This document shows, piece after piece, positions 11,019 to 22,905 of a stretch of DNA of 64,000 nucleotides. Source of the DNA: Psilocybe cubensis (Eukaryota). The position numbers and the translations under genes were made by a program. The notes below the pieces were generated by a model. The model was not told where the DNA came from, did no database searches, and saw only the letters and a program-made list of their open reading frames with translations. Numbering within the stretch: position 1 is the first letter of the stretch; each line of letters starts with the position of its first letter. Location of the stretch: contig JAFIQS020000014.1 of the NCBI GenBank assembly GCA_017499595.2, positions 186,001 to 250,000 of the forward strand. The letters are read 5' to 3'.

Positions 11019-12946
11019 GCTATCAGGGTATGTGGAAAGGAATGTGCTGCCAGTATAATCTATACACCTTATTACATATATTAACGGTCATCCGATGTAT
11101 GATTCTTCAAGGCGGATATTTGTCGGAATACAGAAGCGGGTGGATGAATGGACCCGTCTCAGCACAACACGGGTCAAAACGGATCCGTCTGCTTGCAATA
11201 CACGGGATGTAGATGGACCCGTCCGGTTCATTTGCGGCCCGTGTTTTTCCCGTGCAGCCCGACACGCGGATCCCGCATGCCACCCGGCGGCTCCATTTAG
11301 TGCTAAATGGCACGTCATGTACGCTATGATTTGCCAGGATAAATCACACGTACATCACGCTAATCTCCTAATTAGGTAGCGGGAGTAAATCCACCGTGTC
11401 TCACGTAATATCCTTATTATTAAATCTTAGGTAATGTACGTTATAAATAAACTGTCTTATGTGTCTTGATTGCCTTTGTTCTCAAAGAAATCATCCCCTT
11501 TATTGCAATATCGTCCCCCGACTCATTCCCATTGACTTGACGAGGCGCAGGCGCTGCTGCTCGTCCCACTTCCACCTCCACAACCTCCGTCAACACACAA
11601 GCAACGCAAAGCTGGTTGTTTGTGTTGCCTTTGGTCCCACCTATATCAACAACCAGCAGTGCAAAGCTGCTGGTTTGTGTGGCAGCGTGTTCCCCCCTTA
11701 ATTATGTTGCAGGGTTAGAGGGGAAAGAGCCGTTTCGAACGAGACAGAATTGAGATCTAGGAGAGGAGGATGGTGTACACTTAGCTGGGTGTCCAAGTCG
11801 GGTTGTTGACTTGACTTGAGAGGAGCAATAACTGGTGTGTTAGGAATATCTAGTGCCTGGTGTGTACATGTATCTATTGTGTTTGTTCGGTATCTAGAGT
11901 TGCTTGTATTTGGTGCTTAATGACAACTGTGAAGAGGTTTTTTCCAAAACTTTTTGACGCGCATTCTCAGGTCGCTCACTTGGCTTTCATACCGCTTTGC
12001 CTATCCATACTACATAGTACTACAGTATAAAACCCCTCAAAACGGACATTTCACGCATGTATGTATTCCAAATGCAATCTCTTGCCAAATCCAATGACCA
12101 GACTCAACATCCCAACTTTCACGTCACCAACCCACCCAAAGCTCATGCACACATCTGTACACACCAGCCCTAACGTACTCTGCGCCCCAAACCCGCAAAA
12201 AACACAGGAAACAACGGAAACGGCCTGCAAACATCCGCCACATATGTATCTTCCTCGCAATGCTTCACTATAAATTTCATTCCATCTGTCTTTTGGACAT
12301 CCGGCGGAGCCGAGAAACTTTGAGCTAATGCTGAGGAAGCATGGAAACAAGAGAAAGCTGTTGAAATGAGCGACATTGAGGAATTGAGGCTGGAGGCGAG
12401 GAGCCGGAGGTTATGGAATCGTCAACTCAAAAAACGTCTGGGGTCGCTTGACCAATGCTGTGGCATCTATAGGGGCTAAGTATTAGTGTATACAGCACAA
12501 TATAACAGTTACTGGGGTGTACGAAGCTTGTATGTTTGCAGAAATATTATTAGGTGTATTGAGCCTCTGGGCGCTTAGCTCTTGTTGCATGGGAATTCCA
12601 GATTATTTTTGCTTAAAGCTCATATTAGGAGCTGCCCCATCTCCCCTAGATGCGTATATATTGCTCTCTCAGCTCAAACACAGCTGAAACACGTTAAAAT
12701 ATATAATTTAATGTACTACACAAAAACCAAATTCGAACGTCAAAATTGAATTCCGTCGCTGTGTACCATCCATGTGCACTAAACTAAGCCCAAAATGAAA
12801 TAGACGGTGTACGGCCACTAAATACTATAGCTTCTAGTAGAAAAATACAACAAAATCTATGATTCTGAGGTTTGTGGGTGTAAAGCTTCTGCTTTACGTA
12901 GAGACCTTATGTTTCACACCAAGTAAAGCAGAACCAGTCGTATTGG

Positions 12947-15900
12947 TTGAAATTAAATGATGGAATAAGAGTAAACAGTAAAGACTCACCACAACCGGAC
13001 AAAGGTGACAAAGGTGGTGAGATGAGAAACAACATCAAGCAAGCATCTACACCGAGAGCCATGCAAGGGACGCGATGCTATAACTGCAAAAAAGAGGGAC
13101 ACCTAGCGCGTGAATGTCCGCTACCCAAGGAGAACCGAGTACACCTTCGCGCGGCGCATACCGCGGTATCTGAAGACGACGAAAAGGGATCAGACAGGGA
13201 TGACAACACACCTGAGCAGGAACCCACCGACAAGCAGAATAGTGGTGATGAAGACGCATATACCGAGGTTGAGGTCATGAACTCTGACCGGTATAAGGAG
13301 TACTCATCAGACAATGAGGATAATATGTATGCTATGAGGATCATAGGGTTGGACGAGGATACGCACCATGATGGCACACAGATACCCCAAGTGGGTCATG
13401 ACACAATGATAAAGGATAATGATAGCGGACTGGAGACAACAGACGAGGCTTTCCCAGACCTATACTCCGTCCCGGCTTCGAATGATGAAGGAGAATGCGC
13501 TCAGTATAACACTGCAATGACAGAGACACCTGAACGAAGCGCTAAGAACTACGATGAGGCGAGAATGCGTAAAGTATGACACGATTTTCCGTTGAAAATG
13601 CGAAGTGTCTGGCTTGAGATTTTGGTCACTACAAAAATAGCAAGGTTAGAACCTTAGTACGTAAATCGGTGTCAGGTTTCATAATGAACTACTTGGTTGT
13701 TAGTGCATACACCCTGAGTCAAACAAGATACTTTGGTGTGGTTGTACTGCGCCCTAGGCATACTTTAGTATCAGATGGTTTTCTTGTAAGTAATGTAGTA
13801 CTACCCGGATTACATGAACATGTATACCAAGTCTAATTCCATTTCACAAAACCGTTATAATCATTTCTCAAATTTCTTCGTTTCCAACTTATCCCGGCTG
13901 CTTTGGCTTTAAAATAATTCGTATAAATGTACCGGAAACACCCACAGCAAGACATATACTGTGGTATTATGCTTTGCCATGGATAGGCCAATATAAAATC
14001 AGTTTAATGTTCAATTTTCTACAATAATTTTGGCCTTAAATATCTATTGAAATACCTGCTTTAGGGAAGCCATCTTCAGAGAAACAACCCTAGGGTAATA
14101 CCAACATGTACACTGTTGGTTTTGATAAAACCACGACTTGACCACTACACGACACGAGATTATATTTACCACGGTCTGTGCTAATTTTATCAGAATTCTG
14201 GGCAATAGGCTGTTTGCACACTCAAAATGTAAGTACTACAACGTAAGAAAAGGCCCGAAACTAGTGAGTACAACTCTATTTCTGAGTGTTCGCATTTTCA
14301 ACGGAAAATCATGTCATAGTAAAGTGAGAATGAAACTCACCTCTAAGAGCCGCGTACGCCCGCGGGTCAAGACAGAACACAAGGTTTGCCTGGCTACCTA
14401 TACAAATGTGGGCGGTGTGGATGCCTGGACACTTTGGGACTCAGGCAGCACCACGTCAGGCATCACCCCAACGTTCGCACAAATCACGAACATCGCTGTT
14501 GACACGTTGCTAGACCCCCATATACTACAGCTGGGAACGACGGGTAGCAGGTCAATGATCAAGTATGGGGCCGACGTCACTGTAATGGTGGGGAACACAA
14601 CCACAAAAACATACCTTGACGTGGCCAACTTTGATCGATACGACATGGTTGTGGGAACGCCATTCATGTACCAGAACAAGGTAGTACTTGACTTTGAGAA
14701 AAGAGAGGTGCGGGTGAACGGCACAAAGATCCCAGCAGTGATAGTGCCACATCCTGACTCCAACTTGAGGCTTCGCCGCCAGAGGATCACCAATAAAGCC
14801 ACTCAGGAGTGACTCAATGGTAGGAAAGCAACAGTGGAGGATGTGGCCGAGAAAGAGGAGCAGCACGTCGGAGAGAAGTTGAGCAGTGATGATCCGCGCA
14901 TCCTGCGCAGCGTAGACGACAACAACGAGGGCATGATAAGGAAAAATGAACCTAGGAAAACTACAAAAAAACCAACTGAGAGACAACACCGCGATAACAT
15001 ACACAATGCAAAGTGGGTGGCAAAACAACAAGTAAAGGACCGACCTAAACAGAAAACCAACCCCACATTAGACACGCCACCTGAAAGACCACGAGAATAC
15101 TGCCAGCCTACTTTGTCCAGAGTGAAAGTTGAACGTTGAAGATCTGTGGGTCCCATCGACGACTATGGGACAGACCAGTCCCACCCCCTGACCTCGGATG
15201 GGTATACAACCCACGCATGCCACGCGAGTGGAACAAAACCGTGGCAGGCAGTAGGACGCAGTGGTGGGCAACGGTTGAGGTATACAGGCTGCCTCGTGCC
15301 GACGAAATATCCGAACCCTCGGAGTTTGAGTTTGGCAGGCATGGGAAACCAGAGGCGCGCATTAAGGCAGCACCGCTGCGCCTGTGCTATCAGGACCAAT
15401 CAGAAAGAAATATAGCTAAATTACGCAAAGAGAGTAGCGCGTCGTCATGAATGTGCGGCATGGCATTACGACCAGACGTTAAGGGGAAGAAACGTGCCGC
15501 GGGTCTCACAGAAGAAGACATACTCCGACTACGGCAGCAATGGCATGATGAGTTTGTGGACATAGTCCACGGAACTCCTAATGAATTACCACCATTCAGG
15601 GAGGTGAACCATGAGATTCACCTTATTGACGAGAATAAACAATATACATACCACTTACCTAGGTGCCCACTGTCGCTGAGAGACCAGTTCTACGAGAAAC
15701 TCAATAGGTATGTGAACGCAGGCTGGTGGGAAGCACGAGCGACATCACAAGCTGCACCTCTAATGTGCATACCTAAGAAGGACGGGAAGTTGCGTACGGT
15801 TGTTCACGCACGACAAAGAAACGACAATACCGTCAAGGACGTAACCCCGTTACCGGACCAGGACGTTATACGGGAGGACGTAGCTAGAGCAAAATATGTG

Positions 15901-16140
15901 TCAAAACTTGTCCTCGCAGATGATGATATAAACAAGTGCGAGTGAGGCTGGAGGACGTACACAAAACCGCTTTTGCTACCATATCAGGAACATATGTCAG
16001 TAATGTGGTACAACAGGGTGATTGTAACGCACCAGCCACATTCCAGAGACTAATGACAAGCATATTCCAGAGTGCCATAGGACAATTCATGCATGCAGAC
16101 TTGGATGACCTGTTCATACTCACGGATACTATCGAGGAAG
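12947..16140 (+). mobile_element. Decayed Ty3/gypsy LTR retrotransposon fragment (gag zinc knuckle, aspartic protease, partial RT)
   Basis: CYNCKKEGHLAREC knuckle; LWDSGST protease; RT motifs EVNHEIHL, PKKDGKLR, KTAFAT, QQGDCNAPATFQ and degenerate DLDD; stops and a frameshift near 15930; truncated before RNase H and integrase. Confidence 0.9.
13575..14318. mobile_element. 744-bp non-autonomous DNA transposon, 30-bp TIR, 6-bp TSD (GTAAAG), TAT..ATA ends
   Basis: tatgacacgattttccgttgaaaatgcgaa (13575-13604) matches the reverse complement of 14289-14318 at 29/30; TSD at 13569-13574 and 14319-14324; removal restores the gypsy frame MRKVRMKLTSK. Confidence 0.95.
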
Positions 16141-16746
16141 AGGACACACTGCGTTTTAACGCTGAGGAACCAGTGCCATGAACCAGTGTAATCATACTGA
16201 AAAATATTTGTTGAGGGAAATCGGCGTGCTACGTGTCGAGTTAACGTGAGGTGAGCTCTTGAACTTACTTTCCTTATTTGGCCACGTTATTTCCTCTTTC
16301 ACTAGGGCCTTGGCAAGCCCATGGTTATTCGTTATTCCTTTCCAACTGCATAGTATCACGCCATCCACGCGGTATTCTCCGTGTGGATGGTCAAGTAGTG
16401 AATTGTTTCTTGTCGAACCTCAGCCGTTTTACCTTGTGTATCCGTCTGAGGTTCGTACATTATTTCTATTCTAGTTTATATGTATGCTCATTCATTTGTA
16501 GCTTACTCCTGCACTTTGTAACTACAGGTGATATATATATAGCCATTTTACCTTGTGTATCCGTCTGAGCTTACTCCTGCACTTCGTAACTACAATATTA
16601 CAATAGATGGTGAAGATGGTAATGCAACACAGTATGAGGTATGTGTTTACCATTTGATCCAGTGATGGCCGGATTGCTTACAACATACTCTTCTGCTTAT
16701 GTGAGACTGTCCAGACGGAAAGTCTCACATAAGCAATCTGGCTGAT

Positions 16747-17021
16747 GTGCATCACCCAGGTGTCACACAATAATTATCAGTGCGTCACCTGGGTGTTACA
16801 CAGTGCAACACCGGAGTGCTGCACAATAATTATCAGTGCATCACCCAGGTGTCACACAATAATTATCAGTGCGTCACCTGGGTGTTACACAGTGCAACAC
16901 CGGAGTGCTACACAGTGCAACACCGGAGTGCTGCGCAATAATTATCAGTGCATCACTCAGGTGTCACACAATAACTATCAGTGCGTCACCTGGGTGTTAC
17001 ACAGCGCAACACCGGAGTGCA
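16747..17021 (+). repeat. Composite minisatellite of CAGTGC-initiated 23/33-bp subunits (~89-bp higher-order unit)
   Basis: Units cagtgcatcacccaggtgtcacacaataattat, cagtgcgtcacctgggtgttaca and cagtgcaacaccggagtgctgcacaataattat repeat about three times. Confidence 0.9.
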
Positions 17022-20000
17022 CAAAACATTAACTTACATTGTGCAGATACATCTTTGTAATCTACTTGATTCTTTAAAATACAAATGGGTTTTTCACCCA
17101 ACATATACAAAGCAAATCCATAGCCACTAACAAGCTAATAAACGCCTTTAAAACTTCTCATTTCAGCGCTGTTGAAGGTATCTGCAACGTATCCCGCCTA
17201 AGGCTCCTTCCCGGCACGTGATTCCATGGAATTCCATGGAATTCTACCATCACGTCAGTAGTGCAGATGCTCTCGTGGTATGTGCATTGGCGCATCTGTA
17301 GAGTCAGGCATGGTTAAATACGATTAAAAAACAAATAAAGACGTTTATTCAACAATAATTAATGGGTACTAAGATATTGAGCACAGCTGCGATGTAGAAA
17401 GTGAAATATTAGCAATGACAAATGTGAAAGAGGATTAGTGACTGGTGCAAGCAAAGCGAAATTGAACAGTCGGAGATTGAACTCATTTACGTCTGCCGAA
17501 GTGCCATTTTGGATCATTTTACATAATCACGGCAACCGCGGCTGGCCACTTTGTCAAGAAATGGTCATTTCGAATAATGTTTTCCGCGCATTGAAAAGTT
17601 TGTTCAGCGCACAAGATATATTTACGTGCATGTAATTTACACGTTGAATATATTTTGGAGCAGAAATAATGCACTCGCACTTGCAAATTATGTCTGAAAA
17701 TATGTTTTCGCGCAGCCAATTGTGTTCACGGAATCATCAAACTGGCCCAGAAAGCAATCTGCGCACCAAACAAATGTTTCCGCGCACAAATTTTTTTTTA
17801 TTCTTGACGCACTTTTCAAAAATAAGGAAATTATATTCCCCGTAAACTTGTTTAGGTTTTTTTCTTATTGCGTGAATCTGTAAAAACTATGTTGGAGCGC
17901 GGAAACATTTTTTGAGTGCGCAGATTGTTTTTTAGGTTAGCCATAAAAATATTTGACTGCACGGAAACATATTTTGGGCATATTTTTCTAGCGCACATAA
18001 ATTTCTACTGCCCTCAATTATATTCAATGCATAAACCCTGTGCGCGTAGATACATTTTGTGCCGCAAACAAATTTTTTGATGCGCGGAAAACATTGTTCA
18101 GTTGTACTATTTCTTGCCCAAAGTGACCAGCCGTTATGCCGAGATTATGTAAAATGATCTAAAATAGCACTTCGGCACACCTAAACGAGTTCAAGCTCCA
18201 CCTGACAGTGATATTGAGGATTGTGTATTGCAAGGCTAACCCACATTCATTTAATTACAAATTTCTTAGTATATCTAATCTATGCTCTTTTGAAATATAT
18301 TAATGTTGTTTTAATCAAGTAATGTGGGATAATCGTCTTGAAATCGCTGTGAACGTTGCTTGAACGTGAAGTGTCGCTTTCTTGCACAGCCACTAATGCG
18401 CAATTGTGATGGCCGCTGCTAATACTTTACTTCGTACACAGTAGTTGCAGGTAATATTTTGACATATTCTCGTAGATACCTATGTAATACATATCTTACC
18501 ATGCTTTTCAATCTTATTCTCCTATTCCCGACTCTCCAAATGCACAAATGCGCTCAAGAATGCACTGATTAATGTCTTTCCCATGATTGATGAGGTTTTT
18601 TCACACAATGCTAGAGATGTCTGAAATGGCGCACTAGCTGCACCACTAATGGGGAGACCCCAGAACCACTGGGGATTTGCTAATTCTACATGTAAAGCAC
18701 TGCAGAAATTGTTATTTTGTCCTATAAGGCAGTACTAGATAGAATAACCATGCATTGTGTATACAACTGTCGGAGCTTGAACTTGTTTTGGTGTGCCGAG
18801 GTGCCATGTTAGATCATTTTACACAATCTCGGCATAACGGCTGGTCACTTTAGGCTAGAAATAGTGCAACTGAACAATGTTTTCCGCGCATCGAAAGATT
18901 TGTTTGGGGCACAAAATGTTTCTATGCGCATAGGATTTATGCATTAAATATAATTGAGGGCAGTAAAAATTTACGTGTGCTAGCAAAATTTGTCCAAAAT
19001 ATGTTTCCGCGCAGTCAAATATGTTTCCGCGCAATCAAATATATTTACGGCTAAGCTAGAAAACAATCTGCGCACTCAAAAAATGTTTCCGCGCTCTAAC
19101 ATATTTTTTACAAATTCACGCAGTAAGAAAAATACCTAAATAAGTTTACGGGGAATATTTCCCCACTTGGGCAGCCATACTTGGGCAGCCATAGCCGAGG
19201 TGCCATTTTAGATCATTTTACATAATCTCGGCATAACGGCTGGTCACTTTAGGCTAGAAATAGTGCAATTGAACAATGTTTTCCGCGCCTCGAAAAATTT
19301 GTTTGCGGCACAAAATGTATCTACGCTCACAGGGTTTATGCATTAAATATAATTGAGGGCAGTAGAAATTTATGTGCGCTAGCAAAATATGCCCAAAGTA
19401 TGTTTCCGCGCAGTCAAATATTTTTATGACTAACCTAAAAAACAATCTGCGTACTCAAAAAATGTTTCCGCGCTCCAACATAGTTTTTACAGATTCACGC
19501 AATAAGAAAAAAACCTAAACAAGTTTACGGGGAATATTTCCCCACTTGGGCAGCCATAGCCCAAGTGGGGAAATATTCCCCGTAAACTTATTTACGTATT
19601 TTTCTTACTGCGTGAATTTGTGAAAAAAAAGTTGGAGCGCGGGAAACATTTTTTGAGTGCGCAGATTGTTTTCTAGCTTAGCCGTAAATATATTTGAGTG
19701 CGCGGAAACATATTTGACTGCGCGGAAACATATTTTGGGCATATTTTGCTAGCGCACATAAATTTCTACTGCTCTCAATTATACTTAATGCATAAACACT
19801 GTGCGCATAGATACATTTTGTGCCGCAAACAAATCTTTCGAGGCGCGGAAAACATTGTTCAATTGCACTATTTCTAGCCTAAAGTGACCAGCCGTTATGC
19901 CGAGATTATGTAAAATGATCTAAAATGGCACCTCGGCACACCGAAACAAATTCAAGCTCCACCTTTCGGATTTTTGAAGATGCAATTCTAACCCACATTC

Positions 20001-20888
20001 ATTTAATTACAAATTGATTACTATATAATCTACACTCTTTTGAAATATATTAATGTTGCTTTAATCAAGGAATGTGAGATAATTGCCTTGAAATCGCCTG
20101 TGTCGCTTTCTTGCACAGACACTGATGCGCAATTATGATGGCAGTTGCTAATATTTTACTTTGTACACAATAGTTGTGGGCAATATTTTGACTTATTCTC
20201 GTGGATTTCCATGTAATACATATCTCAACATGCTTTTTCAATGTTACTTTCCTATTTTTGACTCTACCAATGCACAAATGCGCTCAAGAATACACTGATT
20301 GATGCCTTTCCCACGATTGATGGGGTTTTTTTCACACAATGCTTGAGATGTCTGAAATGGCGCATAAGCTGCGCTGCTAATGGGGAGACCCCAAATCTAC
20401 CTGATATGTTATAATACTACATATAAAGTACTACACAAATTGTTATATCGTCCTACGAGGCAGTAATAGATAGAATAGCAATGTATTTTGTGTAGGTTTA
20501 TCGGAACTTGAACTCGTTTAAGATGTGCCGAGGTGCCATTTTAGATCGTTTTACATAATCTCGGCATAACGGCTGGTCACTTTAGGCAAGAATCAATGGT
20601 TGTGAACAATGTTTTCCACGCATTGAAAGGTTTGTTCAGCGCACAAAATGTACTTACGCGCATATAATTTACACAAAAAATATAATTTGGAGCAGAAATA
20701 GTGCACTCAAGCTTGCAAATTATGTGAAAAATATGTTTCCGTGCAGTCAATTTTATTTACGGACTCGTCAAATTTACCTTGAAATCAATCTGGGCACCAA
20801 ACAAATGTTTCCGCGCGCAAATTTTGTTTTATACTTGATGCACTTGTCAAAAATAAGGAAATTATATTTACGGGGAATATTTCCCCAC

Positions 20889-22886
20889 TATGGCTGCCCA
20901 AGTAGGGAAATATTCCCCGTAAACTTATTTAGGTATTTTTCTTACTGCGTGAATTTGTAAAGAATATGTTGGAGCGCGGAAACATTTTTTGAGTGCGCAG
21001 ATTGTTTTCTAGCTTAGCCGTAAATATATTTGATTGCGCGGAAACATATTTGACTGCGCGGAAACATATTTTGGACATATTTTGCTAGTGCACGTAAATT
21101 TTTACTGCCCTCAATTATATTTAATGCATAAATCCTATGCGCGTAAAAACATTTTGAGCCCCAAACAAATATTTCGATGTGCGGAAAACATTGTTCAGTT
21201 GCACTATTTCTAGCCTTAAGTCACCAGCCGTTATGCCGAGATTATGTAAAATGATCTAAAATGGCACCCCGGCACGCCTAAACGAGTTCAAGCTCCACCT
21301 GACAGTGACAGTGATATTGAGGATTGTGTAATGCAAGTCTAACCCACATTCATTTAATTACAAATTTCTTAGGATATCTAATCTACACTCTTTTGAAATA
21401 TATTAATGTTGTTTTAATCAAGTAATGTGGGATAATCGTAGTATTGCCGCCAGAGTGTAGTGCAGTGACAGTGAAGCCATTTTTGGGCGACTGTGACACG
21501 CTTCACAGTGATCACAGTCCCTGTGAAGTGCTGTGAAGTGTTTGTGACGTCATTCACCGTCTCGACCTCATAAAATGGTCGATGAAAGGTTGACGCTTTG
21601 CAAGTCATTTTGTCTATATGTATTTGCTCAGTCAATGTACTAGTAGTCCAAGACACTTCAATGTAGCAATTTTTTTGACTTTTCGCAACAAATCCAGCGA
21701 AAACCAAGCAGAAATGTGCGTCGACGACAAGATAAAAGGGATCTGGACCACGTGCACTGTTGAATATTTTATTGCAATCTTATCCAGATAGATAAAGGTC
21801 ATGTGCAATAAATATCCCCCATATATAGTAGGTATCCCAAACATTCTCATGTATTCGACAAAAATGCATGTAATACTTCCGTATTTAGTCTAGATTATCG
21901 GACACTGCAAATTACGGCACACTTTGCAGAGCACTTTACTGCGACTTTGTTGTGCTGTGAAGTGTGTCGGAGAATGAAAAAACAGAGTGCAGTCATAGTC
22001 ACTGCAGAGTGACTGCGCTCTGGCGGCAACACTAGATAATCGTCTTGAAATCGCCGTGAACGTTGCTTGAACGTGAAGTGTCGCTTTCTTGCACAGCCAC
22101 TAATTTGCAATTGTGATGGCCGTTGCTAATACTTTACTTTGTACACAGTAGTTGTGGGTAATATTTTGACATATTCTCATGGATATCTATGTAATACATA
22201 TCTTACCATGCTTTGCAATCTTATTCTCCTATTTCCGGCTCTCCAAATGCAAAAATGCGCTCAAGAATGCACTGATTGATGTCTTTCCCATGATTGATGA
22301 GGTTTTTTCACACAATGCTAGAGATGTCTGAAATGGCGCACTAGCTGCACCACTAATGGGGAGACCCCAGAACCACGGGGGATGTGCTAATGCTACATGT
22401 AAAGCACTACAGAAATTGTTATTTTGTCCTATAAGGCAGTAATAGATAGAATAACCATGCATTGTGTATGCAACTGTCGGAGCTTGAACTTGTTTTGGTG
22501 TGCCGAGGTGCCATATTAGATCATTTTACATAATCTCGGCATAACGGCTGGTCATTTTAGGCTAGAAATAGTGCAACTGAACAATGTTTTCCGCGCATCG
22601 AAAGATTTGTTTGGGGCTCAAAATGTTTCTACGCGCATAGGATTTATGCATTAAATATAATTGAGGGCAGTAAAAATTTACGTGCACTAGCAAAATATGT
22701 CCAAAATATGTTTCCGCGCAGTCAAATATGTTTCCGCGCAATCAAATATATTTACGGCTAAGCTAGAAAACAATCTGCGCACTCAAAAAATGTTTCCGCG
22801 CTCCAACATATTTTTTACAAATTGACGCAGTAAGAAAAATACCTAAATAAGTTTACGGGGAATATTTCCCCACTTGGGCAGCCATA
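20889..22886. mobile_element. Complete copy of the long-TIR family: 408-bp TIRs, 6-bp TSD CCCCAC, inserted in the TIR of another copy
   Basis: TIRs 20889-21296 and 22479-22886; TSD at 20883-20888 and 22887-22892; the host TIR resumes to 22905. Confidence 0.95.
21439..22034. mobile_element. 596-bp hAT-type MITE, 17-bp TIR, 8-bp TSD GATAATCG
   Basis: tagtattgccgccagag / ctctggcggcaacacta; TSD at 21431-21438 and 22035-22042; empty site gggataatcgtcttg visible in the sister copy near 18326. Confidence 0.92.
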
Positions 22887-22905
22887 CCCCACTTGGGCAG
22901 CCATA

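Larger units (their letters stand above)
1..11400. mobile_element. KDZ-superfamily DNA transposon cassette carrying TET/JBP, HMG-like and accessory genes (left end outside window, right end approximate)
   Basis: Contiguous CxC2+KDZ transposase, TET/JBP gene and helical HMG-like gene, the arrangement known for basidiomycete TET/JBP-KDZ elements; shared CGG-rich motif signature to about 11.3 kb; no TIR or TSD identified. Confidence 0.75.
17470..22905. mobile_element. Nested cluster of a ~1.4-kb long-TIR non-autonomous transposon family (terminus TATGGCTGCCCAAGT)
   Basis: Repeated ~400-bp arms in both orientations; termini …cttgggcagccata end at 19179, 19193, 19558, 22886 and 22905; a shared ~570-bp internal segment appears three times. 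Confidence 0.92.

Noticed and set aside
11300-11460. Right terminus of the KDZ element
   Set aside because: Only short imperfect palindromes are present and the left end is outside the window, so no boundary can be supported
12021-12840. Possible Tc1-like TACAGT end and a weak inverted similarity between ~12467 and ~12840
   Set aside because: No convincing partner TIR or TSD
16208-16690. Possible solo LTR starting TGTTG with internal short direct repeats
   Set aside because: No matching CA end with TSD and no second copy in the window
16745-17060. Cys/His-rich repetitive ORFs and a CRISPR-like appearance
   Set aside because: These are translations of a minisatellite; no unique spacers, no cas genes, eukaryotic context
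17438-22462. Many 60-100 aa ORFs in the nested cluster
   Set aside because: They lie in AT-rich TIR or internal MITE sequence, recur with the repeats and show no protein motifs
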